64,000 bases of DNA, from positions 1-64,000 of the forward strand of contig NZ_JABBYO010000008.1 of assembly GCF_012958305.1 (NCBI RefSeq), written 5' to 3'. Origin of the DNA: Tautonia rosea. Its GTDB lineage: Bacteria > Planctomycetota > Planctomycetia > Isosphaerales > Isosphaeraceae. The notes under the pieces were generated by a model. The model searched no databases. It was given only the letters and a program-made list of their open reading frames with translations, and was not told the origin of the DNA. Below, in pieces: positions 8,968-16,939 of this stretch (position 1 is its first letter; each line of letters begins with the position of its first letter). The position numbers were made by a program, and so were the translations under genes.

Positions 8968-9612
8968 ATGGAAACAGGCTGTCGGGATCTCCTGGAGTTT
9001 GCGGGGGAGAACCGGTTTCGGACGGTGCTGGCAGACCCGCCTTGGCAGTTTCAGAATCGGACGGGAAAGGTGGCGCCGGAGCATCGGAGGCTGAACCGGT
9101 ATGAGACCATGACCCTGGACGAGATTGCAGCCCTACCGGTGGATCAGGTGGTGGAGGAGCCGGCACATCTGTATTTGTGGGTGCCGAATGCGCTTTTGCC
9201 GGACGGCTTGAGGGTGATGCAGGCGTGGGGGTTTCGGTACAAAGGGAACCTCGTCTGGCACAAAGTCCGCAAGGACGGGGGGAGCGACGGGCGGGGGGTC
9301 GGGTTTTACTTTCGGAATGTGACGGAGCTGCTCCTGTTCGGCGTTCGAGGCCGAAGCGCGAGGACGAGAGAGGCGGGCAGGCGGCAGGTCAACCTGTTTG
9401 CATCGCGGAAGCAGGAACATAGCCGGAAGCCGGACCATCAGTATGCGATCATCGAGTCGTGTTCGAGTGGTCCGTATCTGGAATTGTTCGCGCGAGGAAC
9501 CCGGGCGGGCTGGTCGAGCTGGGGACTCCAGGCGGTTGCGGGGTACGAACCGACCTGGCCAACCTATGCCGATCATTCCGGATCGAACGGAAAGGCCGCG
9601 GGCCAGGGGTGA
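8968..9612 (+). CDS. MT-A70 family N6-adenine DNA methyltransferase (orphan)
   Basis: Catalytic motif IV DPPW in TVLADPPWQF. The MT-A70 fold continues through HLYLWVPNALL...GFRY...VWHK. No restriction endonuclease gene is adjacent. Confidence 0.7.
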   Translation: METGCRDLLEFAGENRFRTVLADPPWQFQNRTGKVAPEHRRLNRYETMTLDEIAALPVDQVVEEPAHLYLWVPNALLPDGLRVMQAWGFRYKGNLVWHKVRKDGGSDGRGVGFYFRNVTELLLFGVRGRSARTREAGRRQVNLFASRKQEHSRKPDHQYAIIESCSSGPYLELFARGTRAGWSSWGLQAVAGYEPTWPTYADHSGSNGKAAGQG

Positions 9613-9773
9613 AATGGAGGAGCGTGCTGGGCGTTGTGCGTTTGCAATTTTTTTCTGTTGACGATGGTGGAGGATCGCCCGTACGATCAGGAGACGTGGT
9701 GATGGGAGGTCAGGCGAGCTGACTTCATCCACGTTTTCTTTAATTTGAATCACGAGCGATCGACGTGATCCTG

Positions 9774-9860
9774 ATGCAGACGCCCTCCATTCTCCTGCTG
9801 CTGGGCCTTCGACTGAGCCTGGCACTCGGCCTGTTGCTTACGGGCCGGGTGGGGGAGTAG
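9774..9860 (+). CDS. candidate leu leader peptide, 28 aa with 11 Leu
   Basis: ATG at 9774 to TAG at 9860 encodes MQTPSILLLLGLRLSLALGLLLTGRVGE. It lies between an upstream gene and leuA, and the terminator hairpin follows 43 nt after the stop. Confidence 0.35.
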   Translation: MQTPSILLLLGLRLSLALGLLLTGRVGE

Positions 9861-9902
9861 GGAGCGTCGTCGGAACGAGTCGCACAGGACACGAGACTCG
9901 AC

Positions 9903-9948
9903 GAAGCCCCGAGACCCACCCGGCCGGTGGATCTCGGGGCTTTTTTTT
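9903..9948 (+). terminator. rho-independent terminator / putative leuA attenuator
   Basis: GAAGCCCCGAGAcccacccggccggtggaTCTCGGGGCTT followed by T9, about 100 nt upstream of the leuA start codon. Confidence 0.7.
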
Positions 9949-10046
9949 TGCGTTCTCGCATCGCCCTTTGGTTCGGTTCGATCGACCCCGCCGGCCGTTG
10001 ATCGTTTCAACACACTCCGAGCACGACGAGAGAGGATAGGCCCCCC

Positions 10047-11621
10047 ATGGCCGACGACGCACGTATCCGGATCTTCGACACCACGCTCCGCGACGGCGAG
10101 CAATCGCCCGGCGCGAGCATGACCCACGCCGAGAAGCTGGAACTGGCCCGGGCGCTGGCCGACCTGGGGGTCGATATTATCGAGGCCGGGTTCCCGATCG
10201 CCTCGGTCGGCGACTTCGAGGCCGTGCGGGCCATCGCCACCGAGGTGGCCGGGCCGACGATCTGTGCCCTGGCCCGCTGCAATGATCGGGACATCGACCG
10301 GGCGTGGGAGGCGATTCGGTTCGCCCAGAACGGGCGCATCCACGTCTTTCTCGCCACGTCGGCCATTCACCGCGAGCACAAGCTGCGGATGACCACCGAG
10401 CAGATCATTGACCGGGCCGTGGCCGGGGTGAAGCGCGCGGCCGGCTACTGCGCCGACGTCGAGTTCAGCCCCGAGGACGCGGCGAGGACTGAGATCGACT
10501 TCCTGTGCGCGGTGGTCGAGGCGGCAATCGACGCCGGGGCGACCACGGTGAACATCCCTGATACGGTCGGATACGCCACTCCTCTGCAGTTTGCCAAGGT
10601 GATCCGGACGCTGAAGGAACGAGTGCCGAACATTGAGAAGGCGATCATCAGCGTGCACTGTCATGATGACCTGGGGATGGCCGTGGCCAATAGCCTGGCG
10701 GGGGTGGAGGCTGGGGCAAGGCAGGTCGAGTGCACGATCAACGGGATCGGCGAGCGGGCCGGGAACGCGGCGCTCGAAGAAATTGTGATGGCCCTGAAGA
10801 CCCGGAAGGATGTGTACGGGGTCGAAACCGGGGTGAAGACCGAGCGGCTTTTCCCGACGAGTCGGTTGCTGACCACGATCACCGGGCTGGCCGTGCAGCG
10901 GAACAAGGCGATCGTGGGGCGCAATGCGTTCGCCCACGAGTCGGGCATCCATCAAGACGGCATGCTGAAAGAACGATCGACGTATGAAATCATGAGGCCC
11001 GAGGAGGTCGGCGTACCGAAGACCGACCTGGTGCTGGGGAAGCACTCGGGCCGGCATGCGTTGAAGGACCGGGCGGTGGAGCTGGGCTTCCACCTGACCG
11101 AGGAGCAGCTCAACGCGCTGTTCGAGGACTTCAAGGCGCTGGCCGACAAGAAGAAGGAGGTCTACGACGAGGACCTCGCGATCCTGATCGAGAAGCAGAT
11201 CGGGGATGACGTGCCCAAAGCCTGGGAGCTGATCAGCGTGCAGACGACGACCGGCACGCACACCCTGCCGACGGCGACCGTTTGCATTCGCAACCCGGCC
11301 GGGGAGATTGTGCAGGACGCGGCGATCGGCGCCGGGCCAGTCGACGCGATCTTCAAGGCGGTCGAGCGCGTGACCGGGGTGCGTGCCTCACTGCACGACT
11401 TCGCGATTCGGAGCGTCTCGCGCGGGAAAGACGCCCAGGGCGAGGTGACGCTCGAACTGGCGGTTGAGAGCGACGCGCACGACTTCCGCGGCCGGGCGGC
11501 CTCGACTGATATCATCGAGGCCAGCGCACTCGCTTATATCAATGCTGTCAACGCCATTGCCTCGCGCCGCCAGCGCGGTCGGGTGCGAGAGGTTGCCGGC
11601 AGGCCAGGCGCGGGGGCCTGA
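10047..11621 (+). CDS. leuA: 2-isopropylmalate synthase
   Basis: N-terminus RIFDTTLRDGEQSPGASMT plus the HxH metal site (SVHCHDDLGMAVANSL) and a C-terminal LeuA dimerisation/regulatory domain. 524 aa. Confidence 0.9.
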   Translation: MADDARIRIFDTTLRDGEQSPGASMTHAEKLELARALADLGVDIIEAGFPIASVGDFEAVRAIATEVAGPTICALARCNDRDIDRAWEAIRFAQNGRIHVFLATSAIHREHKLRMTTEQIIDRAVAGVKRAAGYCADVEFSPEDAARTEIDFLCAVVEAAIDAGATTVNIPDTVGYATPLQFAKVIRTLKERVPNIEKAIISVHCHDDLGMAVANSLAGVEAGARQVECTINGIGERAGNAALEEIVMALKTRKDVYGVETGVKTERLFPTSRLLTTITGLAVQRNKAIVGRNAFAHESGIHQDGMLKERSTYEIMRPEEVGVPKTDLVLGKHSGRHALKDRAVELGFHLTEEQLNALFEDFKALADKKKEVYDEDLAILIEKQIGDDVPKAWELISVQTTTGTHTLPTATVCIRNPAGEIVQDAAIGAGPVDAIFKAVERVTGVRASLHDFAIRSVSRGKDAQGEVTLELAVESDAHDFRGRAASTDIIEASALAYINAVNAIASRRQRGRVREVAGRPGAGA

Positions 11622-11718
11622 TGCGGGCCATTACGCCGTGATCGCGACAGGTCTCAGCAGGGGCACGAGCGATGGGGCTCGTGCTCCGTCCCACCTGGGA
11701 TAAGCACACAGCCATCGA

Positions 11719-12843
11719 GTGAGCATTATGAGATGTGATTGCATTGTGGCGATGATCTTGATGATCCTTGCGACCCAGGCAAGGGCGCAGCCGATCGAGG
11801 GCGGGCCGGTCGTCGCGGAGGTCGAATTTCTCGGACAGGCGACGGTGGCCGGGAATGCGACGGTGGAAGGGACGCGGGTCGGGGGCTTGTCGGGGATCGT
11901 CTTTGACGAGGTGAAGGGGGAGTACCTGGCGATCTCGGACGACAAAGGGGGTCCGGGAATGGCGGCGCCGAGGGTGTATCGCCTGACGATCGGCCTGGAA
12001 GACGGACGGCTGAGGCCGAGGGGGGTTCGCCTGGAAGGGATGCTGGAGTTGACGAGGGCGGACGGATCGCGCGTTCCGGAAGGGTCGGTGGACGCGGAAG
12101 GAATTGCGCTCGGCGAGAATGGAGACATCTTCATCAGTGCGGAAGGGATGCCGAATGCCTCGTCTCCGGTGCCGCCCTCGGTGGATCGGTTTGACGGGAC
12201 ATCCGGCAGGTATCGCCGAAGCATGGAGGTGCCGGAGGCGTACTTGCCGGCATCGACGCCGAGGCGAGGGGTGCGGAGTAACCTGGCGTTCGAGTCGTTG
12301 ACATTGACGCCGGGGGGGCGGTTTCTCGATACAGCGACCGAGAACGCCCTGCATCAGGATGGACCGGCGGCAAGCGTCGAGCGCGGCTCGCCCTGCCGGG
12401 TGTTGAGGTTCGAGACAGATTCAGGAATGCCGGTTGCCGAGTTCGTTTATGAGGCCGATCCCATTGTGGGGAAGAACGGTGCGAACGTCGCGGGGCTGGT
12501 GGAGTTGCTGGCGATCGACGAATCGCGATGGCTTGCGCTGGAGCGGTCGTTCTCGACGGGTTCGGGGTTTTCCGTGCGGCTTTATGAAGTGTCGAGCGCG
12601 GGGGCGACGAACGTGCTTGGGGCCGATCGGCTGGCGGGTCGAGCGGATGTGGTGCCGGTGACGAAGCGGTTGGTGCTGGATCTGGGGACGATCGAGGGGT
12701 TCATTCCGACGAATCTGGAGGGGATGGCGTTCGGGCCGGATCTGGAAGATGGGCGAAAGCTGGTGATCCTGATGGCGGATAATCAATTGATGGCATTCTT
12801 TCCCTCCCAAGTTGTGGCGCTGGGGGTGACGATCGGTCCTTGA
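11719..12843 (+). CDS. secreted esterase-like activity of phytase family protein
   Basis: Signal peptide MSIMRCDCIVAMILMILATQARA. The repeated GLSGI...AISDDKGG and ...EGIALGENGDIFISAEG pattern resembles the phytase-like esterase beta-propeller family. Assignment from memory. Confidence 0.5.
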   Translation: MSIMRCDCIVAMILMILATQARAQPIEGGPVVAEVEFLGQATVAGNATVEGTRVGGLSGIVFDEVKGEYLAISDDKGGPGMAAPRVYRLTIGLEDGRLRPRGVRLEGMLELTRADGSRVPEGSVDAEGIALGENGDIFISAEGMPNASSPVPPSVDRFDGTSGRYRRSMEVPEAYLPASTPRRGVRSNLAFESLTLTPGGRFLDTATENALHQDGPAASVERGSPCRVLRFETDSGMPVAEFVYEADPIVGKNGANVAGLVELLAIDESRWLALERSFSTGSGFSVRLYEVSSAGATNVLGADRLAGRADVVPVTKRLVLDLGTIEGFIPTNLEGMAFGPDLEDGRKLVILMADNQLMAFFPSQVVALGVTIGP

Positions 12844-12877
12844 TTCCCCGTCGCGAGTCGTTCCTGCGTCTGCAGGT

Positions 12878-12986
12878 CGTCCCCCTCACCCGGCCTGCGG
12901 CCACCTGCTCCCCCACGACCCGGGGAGAGGGTTGATTGTCCGTCTCCCTCTCCCTGCGAGCGGGGAGAGGTCCGGGGTGAGGGGAG
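12878..12986. repeat. GC-rich nested palindromic intergenic element
   Basis: CCCCCTCACCCGGCC...GGTCCGGGGTGAGGGG with inner CCCTCTCCC/GGGAGAGGG. A related copy (same 15-mer plus GGGAGAGGG) lies at 28638-28695. Confidence 0.4.
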
Positions 12987-13166
12987 CATCGCATGAGGGG
13001 GCGACGGTAACGACGAGCAGGCCCCGCGAGAAGCTCTGGGGAGAGCCTCGCGCGGGGCCTGCGGGAAGGATCAGGATGAGAGCGGGACCGATGGGGGCCG
13101 CCGGGGTTCGGAGGCCGCATCGGCCGGAACAGGATGAGATACAGAACGGGACCAAGGGATGAAGGA

Positions 13167-13943
13167 TCAGGTGCCGAACTCGGGTCGGCGGCCATTCAGT
13201 TGGGACTGAAGGCGCAGGATGATCGAGGAATGCATCTGAGAGACGCGAGACTCGGAGAGATCGAGGGTCGCACCGATCTCCTTCATCGTGAGTTCTTCAT
13301 AATAATACAGGATAATAATGAGGCGTTCATTACGGTTGAGGCCTTTGGTGACCATGCGCATGAGGTCTTTGCGCTGGAGTCGGCCGGTGGGGTCCTCGCC
13401 CTTTTTATCTTCGAGAATGTCGATTTCGCGGACGTCTTTATAGCTATCGGTCTCGTACCATTTCTTGTTCAGGGAGATGAGGCCGACGGCGTTGGCGTCC
13501 ATCGCCATTTTTTCATATTCGGCCATGCTGAGGCCGAGCTTTTCGGCAAGCTCGCGGTCGGTGGGGGGTCGGCCGTGCTCGGCTTCGAGCGACTTGCGGG
13601 CCTCCTCCATCTTGGTGGCCTTGGCCCGGACGAGCCGGGGGACCCAGTCCATCGTGCGAAGCTCGTCAAGCATCGCACCGCGGATTCGGGGAACGCAGTA
13701 GGTTTCAAACTTGACGCCTCGGGTCAGATCGAAGGCGTCGATGGCGTCCATCAGGCCGAAGACGCCGGCGGAGATGAGGTCGTCGAGATCGACCCCCTCG
13801 GGCAGGCGCTGCCAGATACGCTCGGCGTTGTACTTGACCAGCGGGAGATAGCGCTCAACGAGCCGGTTCCGCAGGTCGGTGGTCGGGTGTTCCTTGAATT
13901 GCCGCCAGAGTTCAGCGACATCCACGTCCACCTTGGCTGTCAT
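13167..13943 (-). CDS. fliA: RNA polymerase sigma factor FliA (sigma-28, flagellar)
   Basis: 258 aa sigma-70 family protein with region 2 (DLISAGVFGLMDAIDAFD), region 3 and region 4 (ELTMKEIGATLDLSESRVSQ). It sits immediately downstream of flhF-flhG. Confidence 0.85.
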   Translation of the reverse strand: MTAKVDVDVAELWRQFKEHPTTDLRNRLVERYLPLVKYNAERIWQRLPEGVDLDDLISAGVFGLMDAIDAFDLTRGVKFETYCVPRIRGAMLDELRTMDWVPRLVRAKATKMEEARKSLEAEHGRPPTDRELAEKLGLSMAEYEKMAMDANAVGLISLNKKWYETDSYKDVREIDILEDKKGEDPTGRLQRKDLMRMVTKGLNRNERLIIILYYYEELTMKEIGATLDLSESRVSQMHSSIILRLQSQLNGRRPEFGT

Positions 13944-14359
13944 CCTTGACCTCCGTCGGGGGTCTGCGGAGAGGCCCGGGCGCCGTCCTGGCCGCCGGGG
14001 TCAGCCCGCCTGATCCACCCCGCCACTGCGGGGCGTCGAGGCGGGAGGTGCATTCGAACCGAATCGTGAGGGGATCCACAGCCGAGCCGAACCGGGGCGG
14101 GGCAAGCCATTGCCAGAGGGGTTTCGAAGCCCTCCGTTGCTGCTCACCTCGCGAGCCGACTGCTACAGATCACTTCACTCCTCCGACCCAATCCGAACGA
14201 TCCGCTCTCACGCGTTATATCGGACAACCGGACGAACCGGCTTGAACCTCTCACTCAATTCTTTTTTTGGCAAGATCGCTTTCGCGAAAATCCGACAGCA
14301 AGACTCAGTCAAGCTCGCCAACAAAGGGCGGCCTCCCGAGATTACCGACGGGGTTCGGC

Positions 14360-15298
14360 TCAGCGAACCGCCATTTTGGGCGTCTTGCGGCCGGTGAGGG
14401 CCGACAGGAAGCCGGGACGTTGGGGGGCCAGACCGAGGGCCTCGTCGGCCTCGGCGGCCAGGGCGCGGGCCAGGCGCTTGATGCAGCGCGAGGCTTCGCA
14501 GCCGGGGGCATCGAGCAAAAACGGTCGGCGACGGCGGACGGCCGTCGGCACTTTCGGGTCGAATCGGACGAAGCCGGGGCCGATCGGCCGGACGGCGGCG
14601 CCGAGGAACGACCGGCAGGCTGAGGCGAGGCGGTCGAGGGCTTCGATCGCCTCGGCGCTCGATCGGGCCTGGCCGATCACGGATCGGATCGGCGGACCGC
14701 CGCCGGGTCGGCGTCGCAGGCGGGCGACGACGGCCTGGGCGTCGGCCAGGGCGGTGGGTTCGGGAGAGGCAACGACGACGACCTGATCGACCACGTCGGC
14801 CAGGGTCGAGCCGCTTGGGCCGAGGCCGGAGCCGCCGTCGATGAGGATGAAGTCGGCCTCGGTTTCTCGGGAGATGTCGGGCAGCTCGGCCGCGAGGCGG
14901 TCTCGGGCGCGATCGACGGCCTCGTCACCGGCTCGGGCAGCGTGGACGCCGGAGAGGAATCGGATCGATTCGGGTCCGTCGACGATGGTTCCGGCCAGCG
15001 GGCGATCATCGGTCATGGCATCGCCGAGGTCGCGGTCGAGGGCCAGGCCGCAGAGGAGGTCGAGGTTGGCCAGGCCGGCGTCGGCGTCGATGAGGACGAC
15101 CCGGCGGCCCATCGCGCCGAGGGCAACGGCGAGGTTCAGGGTCAGGTTCGAGGTGCCGACCCCGCCTTTGCCGCTGGTGATCAGGAGGGTCCGCGCCCGG
15201 TGCGGAGGCGCGGGCAAGGCGGCCTGATCGGCGCGGAGGCCGGGGGGGGTGGCGCGGTTCTTGAACAGGGAGCGGAGGCCATCAGCTTGATCCGACAT
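14360..15298 (-). CDS. flhG: flagellar number regulator FlhG/FleN (MinD-like ATPase)
   Basis: Deviant Walker A LITSGKGGVGTSNLTLNLAVALG. N-terminal MSDQADGLRSLF is the FlhG DQAxxLR activator motif. Start set at the ATG at 15298. Confidence 0.8.
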   Translation of the reverse strand: MSDQADGLRSLFKNRATPPGLRADQAALPAPPHRARTLLITSGKGGVGTSNLTLNLAVALGAMGRRVVLIDADAGLANLDLLCGLALDRDLGDAMTDDRPLAGTIVDGPESIRFLSGVHAARAGDEAVDRARDRLAAELPDISRETEADFILIDGGSGLGPSGSTLADVVDQVVVVASPEPTALADAQAVVARLRRRPGGGPPIRSVIGQARSSAEAIEALDRLASACRSFLGAAVRPIGPGFVRFDPKVPTAVRRRRPFLLDAPGCEASRCIKRLARALAAEADEALGLAPQRPGFLSALTGRKTPKMAVR

Positions 15299-15414
15299 GA
15301 GCGATCCCTCGGACTGGGGGTTGAGATCAGGGTGAGTCGTGCTTCCGATCGGGCGGGGACTGGGATTCGGGAAGCCGGACGGAACAGGGAGTGAAGGCGG
15401 TGTGTGTTCTGGGG

Positions 15415-16587
15415 TCATGCGAAGACGGCCTCCTGCCCGAGGATCAGGGCGGCGAGGCGGTCGCGGTCGGCGGATTCGATGTCGTCGGGAACCCCCTGGC
15501 CGATGGTCAGGTAGCTGACGGGTCGGCCGGCTCGGGAGACGACACCGAGGAGCGCTCCGAGGCGGTCGGCCTCGTCGAGCTTGGTGAGGATCAGGCGGTC
15601 GAAGCCGAGCGGTGCGAAACGCTCGACAACCGCGTGGAGGCTCTTTTCGCCGGAGACGGCCGAAAGGACAAGGTGGATTTCGTCAGGACGAGCCATTGCG
15701 AGGAAATCGGCCAGCTCGCGGATCTTGACCTCGTCGCGCGGGGAGCGTCCGGCGGTGTCGATCAAGGCCAGATCGACCGGGCCGAGGTCGGAAAGTGCGC
15801 CGAGAATGCGGTCGGGGGCGTCAGCGACGGCGAGGGGAAGGTCGATGATCTCGGCGTAGGTGCGAAGCTGCTCGACGGCGGCGATCCGGTAGGTATCGAC
15901 CGTGACCAGGCCGACCCGCAAGCCGAGCGAGAGTTTGGCGTTGGCGGCGAGCTTGGCCACGGTGGTCGTCTTGCCGACGCCGGTCGGACCGACGAGGGCA
16001 ACAACGCGGCGGGCTCCGGGCACACCGGCGATGGGAGGGGCGACCGAGAGGTTCAACGCGACGGCTCGGCGGAGGGCGGCGTCGATGGCCTCGGGCTGGT
16101 GGGCCTCGTCGGGCTCGACGGAATCGGCCACGATGCGGACGAGGCGACGGGCCATCGGCTCGGGCACGTCGAGATCGAGCAAATGGGCGTAGGTGCCGGC
16201 CAGCCAAGCGGGCACGTCGACCACGAGGTGTTCAATGCGTCCGGCTCGGCTCAGCTCATCGACCGATTCGTGCAGGCGGCCAAGGCGATCATCGAGCGCG
16301 GGTCGAGTCGGGCGAGGGGGGTCGGTTTCGTGAAGGGCGGCCGGAGCGACCGGGGATCGGGGCATCGAGACGGCTCGGAGCGGAGCACCTTGCGGCGGGT
16401 GGGTGCGGTCGTCGGGCGGGGCGGCCGTCACCTCGATCAGCTCTCGCTCTCCGAGTCCGAGCAGGCGTCGGCGGCGGACCTCGCGTGTCCCCAGGATGAC
16501 CGCCGAACCGCCCAGGTCGCGGCGGACCCGGGACAGGGCCTCCTTCAGCGTACCGGCGCGATAGGTGCGGGGGGTGGTCGGGGACAT
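15415..16587 (-). CDS. flhF: flagellar biosynthesis GTPase FlhF (SRP-type)
   Basis: SRP-GTPase G-domain VALVGPTGVGKTTTVAKLAA...LVTVDTYRIAAVEQL...DTAGR. Positioned between flhA and flhG. Confidence 0.8.
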   Translation of the reverse strand: MSPTTPRTYRAGTLKEALSRVRRDLGGSAVILGTREVRRRRLLGLGERELIEVTAAPPDDRTHPPQGAPLRAVSMPRSPVAPAALHETDPPRPTRPALDDRLGRLHESVDELSRAGRIEHLVVDVPAWLAGTYAHLLDLDVPEPMARRLVRIVADSVEPDEAHQPEAIDAALRRAVALNLSVAPPIAGVPGARRVVALVGPTGVGKTTTVAKLAANAKLSLGLRVGLVTVDTYRIAAVEQLRTYAEIIDLPLAVADAPDRILGALSDLGPVDLALIDTAGRSPRDEVKIRELADFLAMARPDEIHLVLSAVSGEKSLHAVVERFAPLGFDRLILTKLDEADRLGALLGVVSRAGRPVSYLTIGQGVPDDIESADRDRLAALILGQEAVFA

Positions 16588-16782
16588 TTGAAGGACCTAA
16601 TGGGGGGCTGAGAATGTTCGATCGGGCGAACGAGGAGAAACGGGGCTTAAATGAACGAATGGAGAAGCACCAATCGGATCACAACGGGTCCGGGCGCACC
16701 CGAGAGGCCTGGGCGATTGTCTCGCCAGGTGAGACGACCCCCAAAGGTGGCATGCGCGAACAATGTCCCAGGTTTGGGGTAG

Positions 16783-16884
16783 CCCCGGTTGCTCGCCAAC
16801 CGGGGTCGCGGAGCGACGAGAGGTCTCGGTGCGGCCTCCCGCATCCTCGTGCGGCTGTGCCGCCCCGGTTGACGAGCAACCGGG
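16783..16884. repeat. two related hairpins in the flhA-flhF intergenic region
   Basis: CCCCGGTTGctcgcCAACCGGGG at 16783-16805 and CCCGGTTGacgagCAACCGGG at 16863-16884. Confidence 0.5.
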
Positions 16885-16939
16885 ACCACCCAGAGGCCTC
16901 GCTCAATCCTCGGACAGTGTTGTTGGATGCCCTCAAAGG

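Noticed and set aside
9750-11261. 503-aa ORF on the minus strand
   Set aside because: It lies entirely antisense to leuA, whose product has unambiguous 2-isopropylmalate synthase motifs. It is a typical high-GC shadow ORF with a low-complexity Arg/Pro/Gly-rich translation.
13944-14359. TGGCAAG-N5-TTTCG sigma-54-like element and T7 run in the flhG-fliA spacer
   Set aside because: The match to the -24/-12 consensus is imperfect. It is on the plus strand, facing away from the minus-strand flagellar genes, with no credible plus-strand gene downstream.
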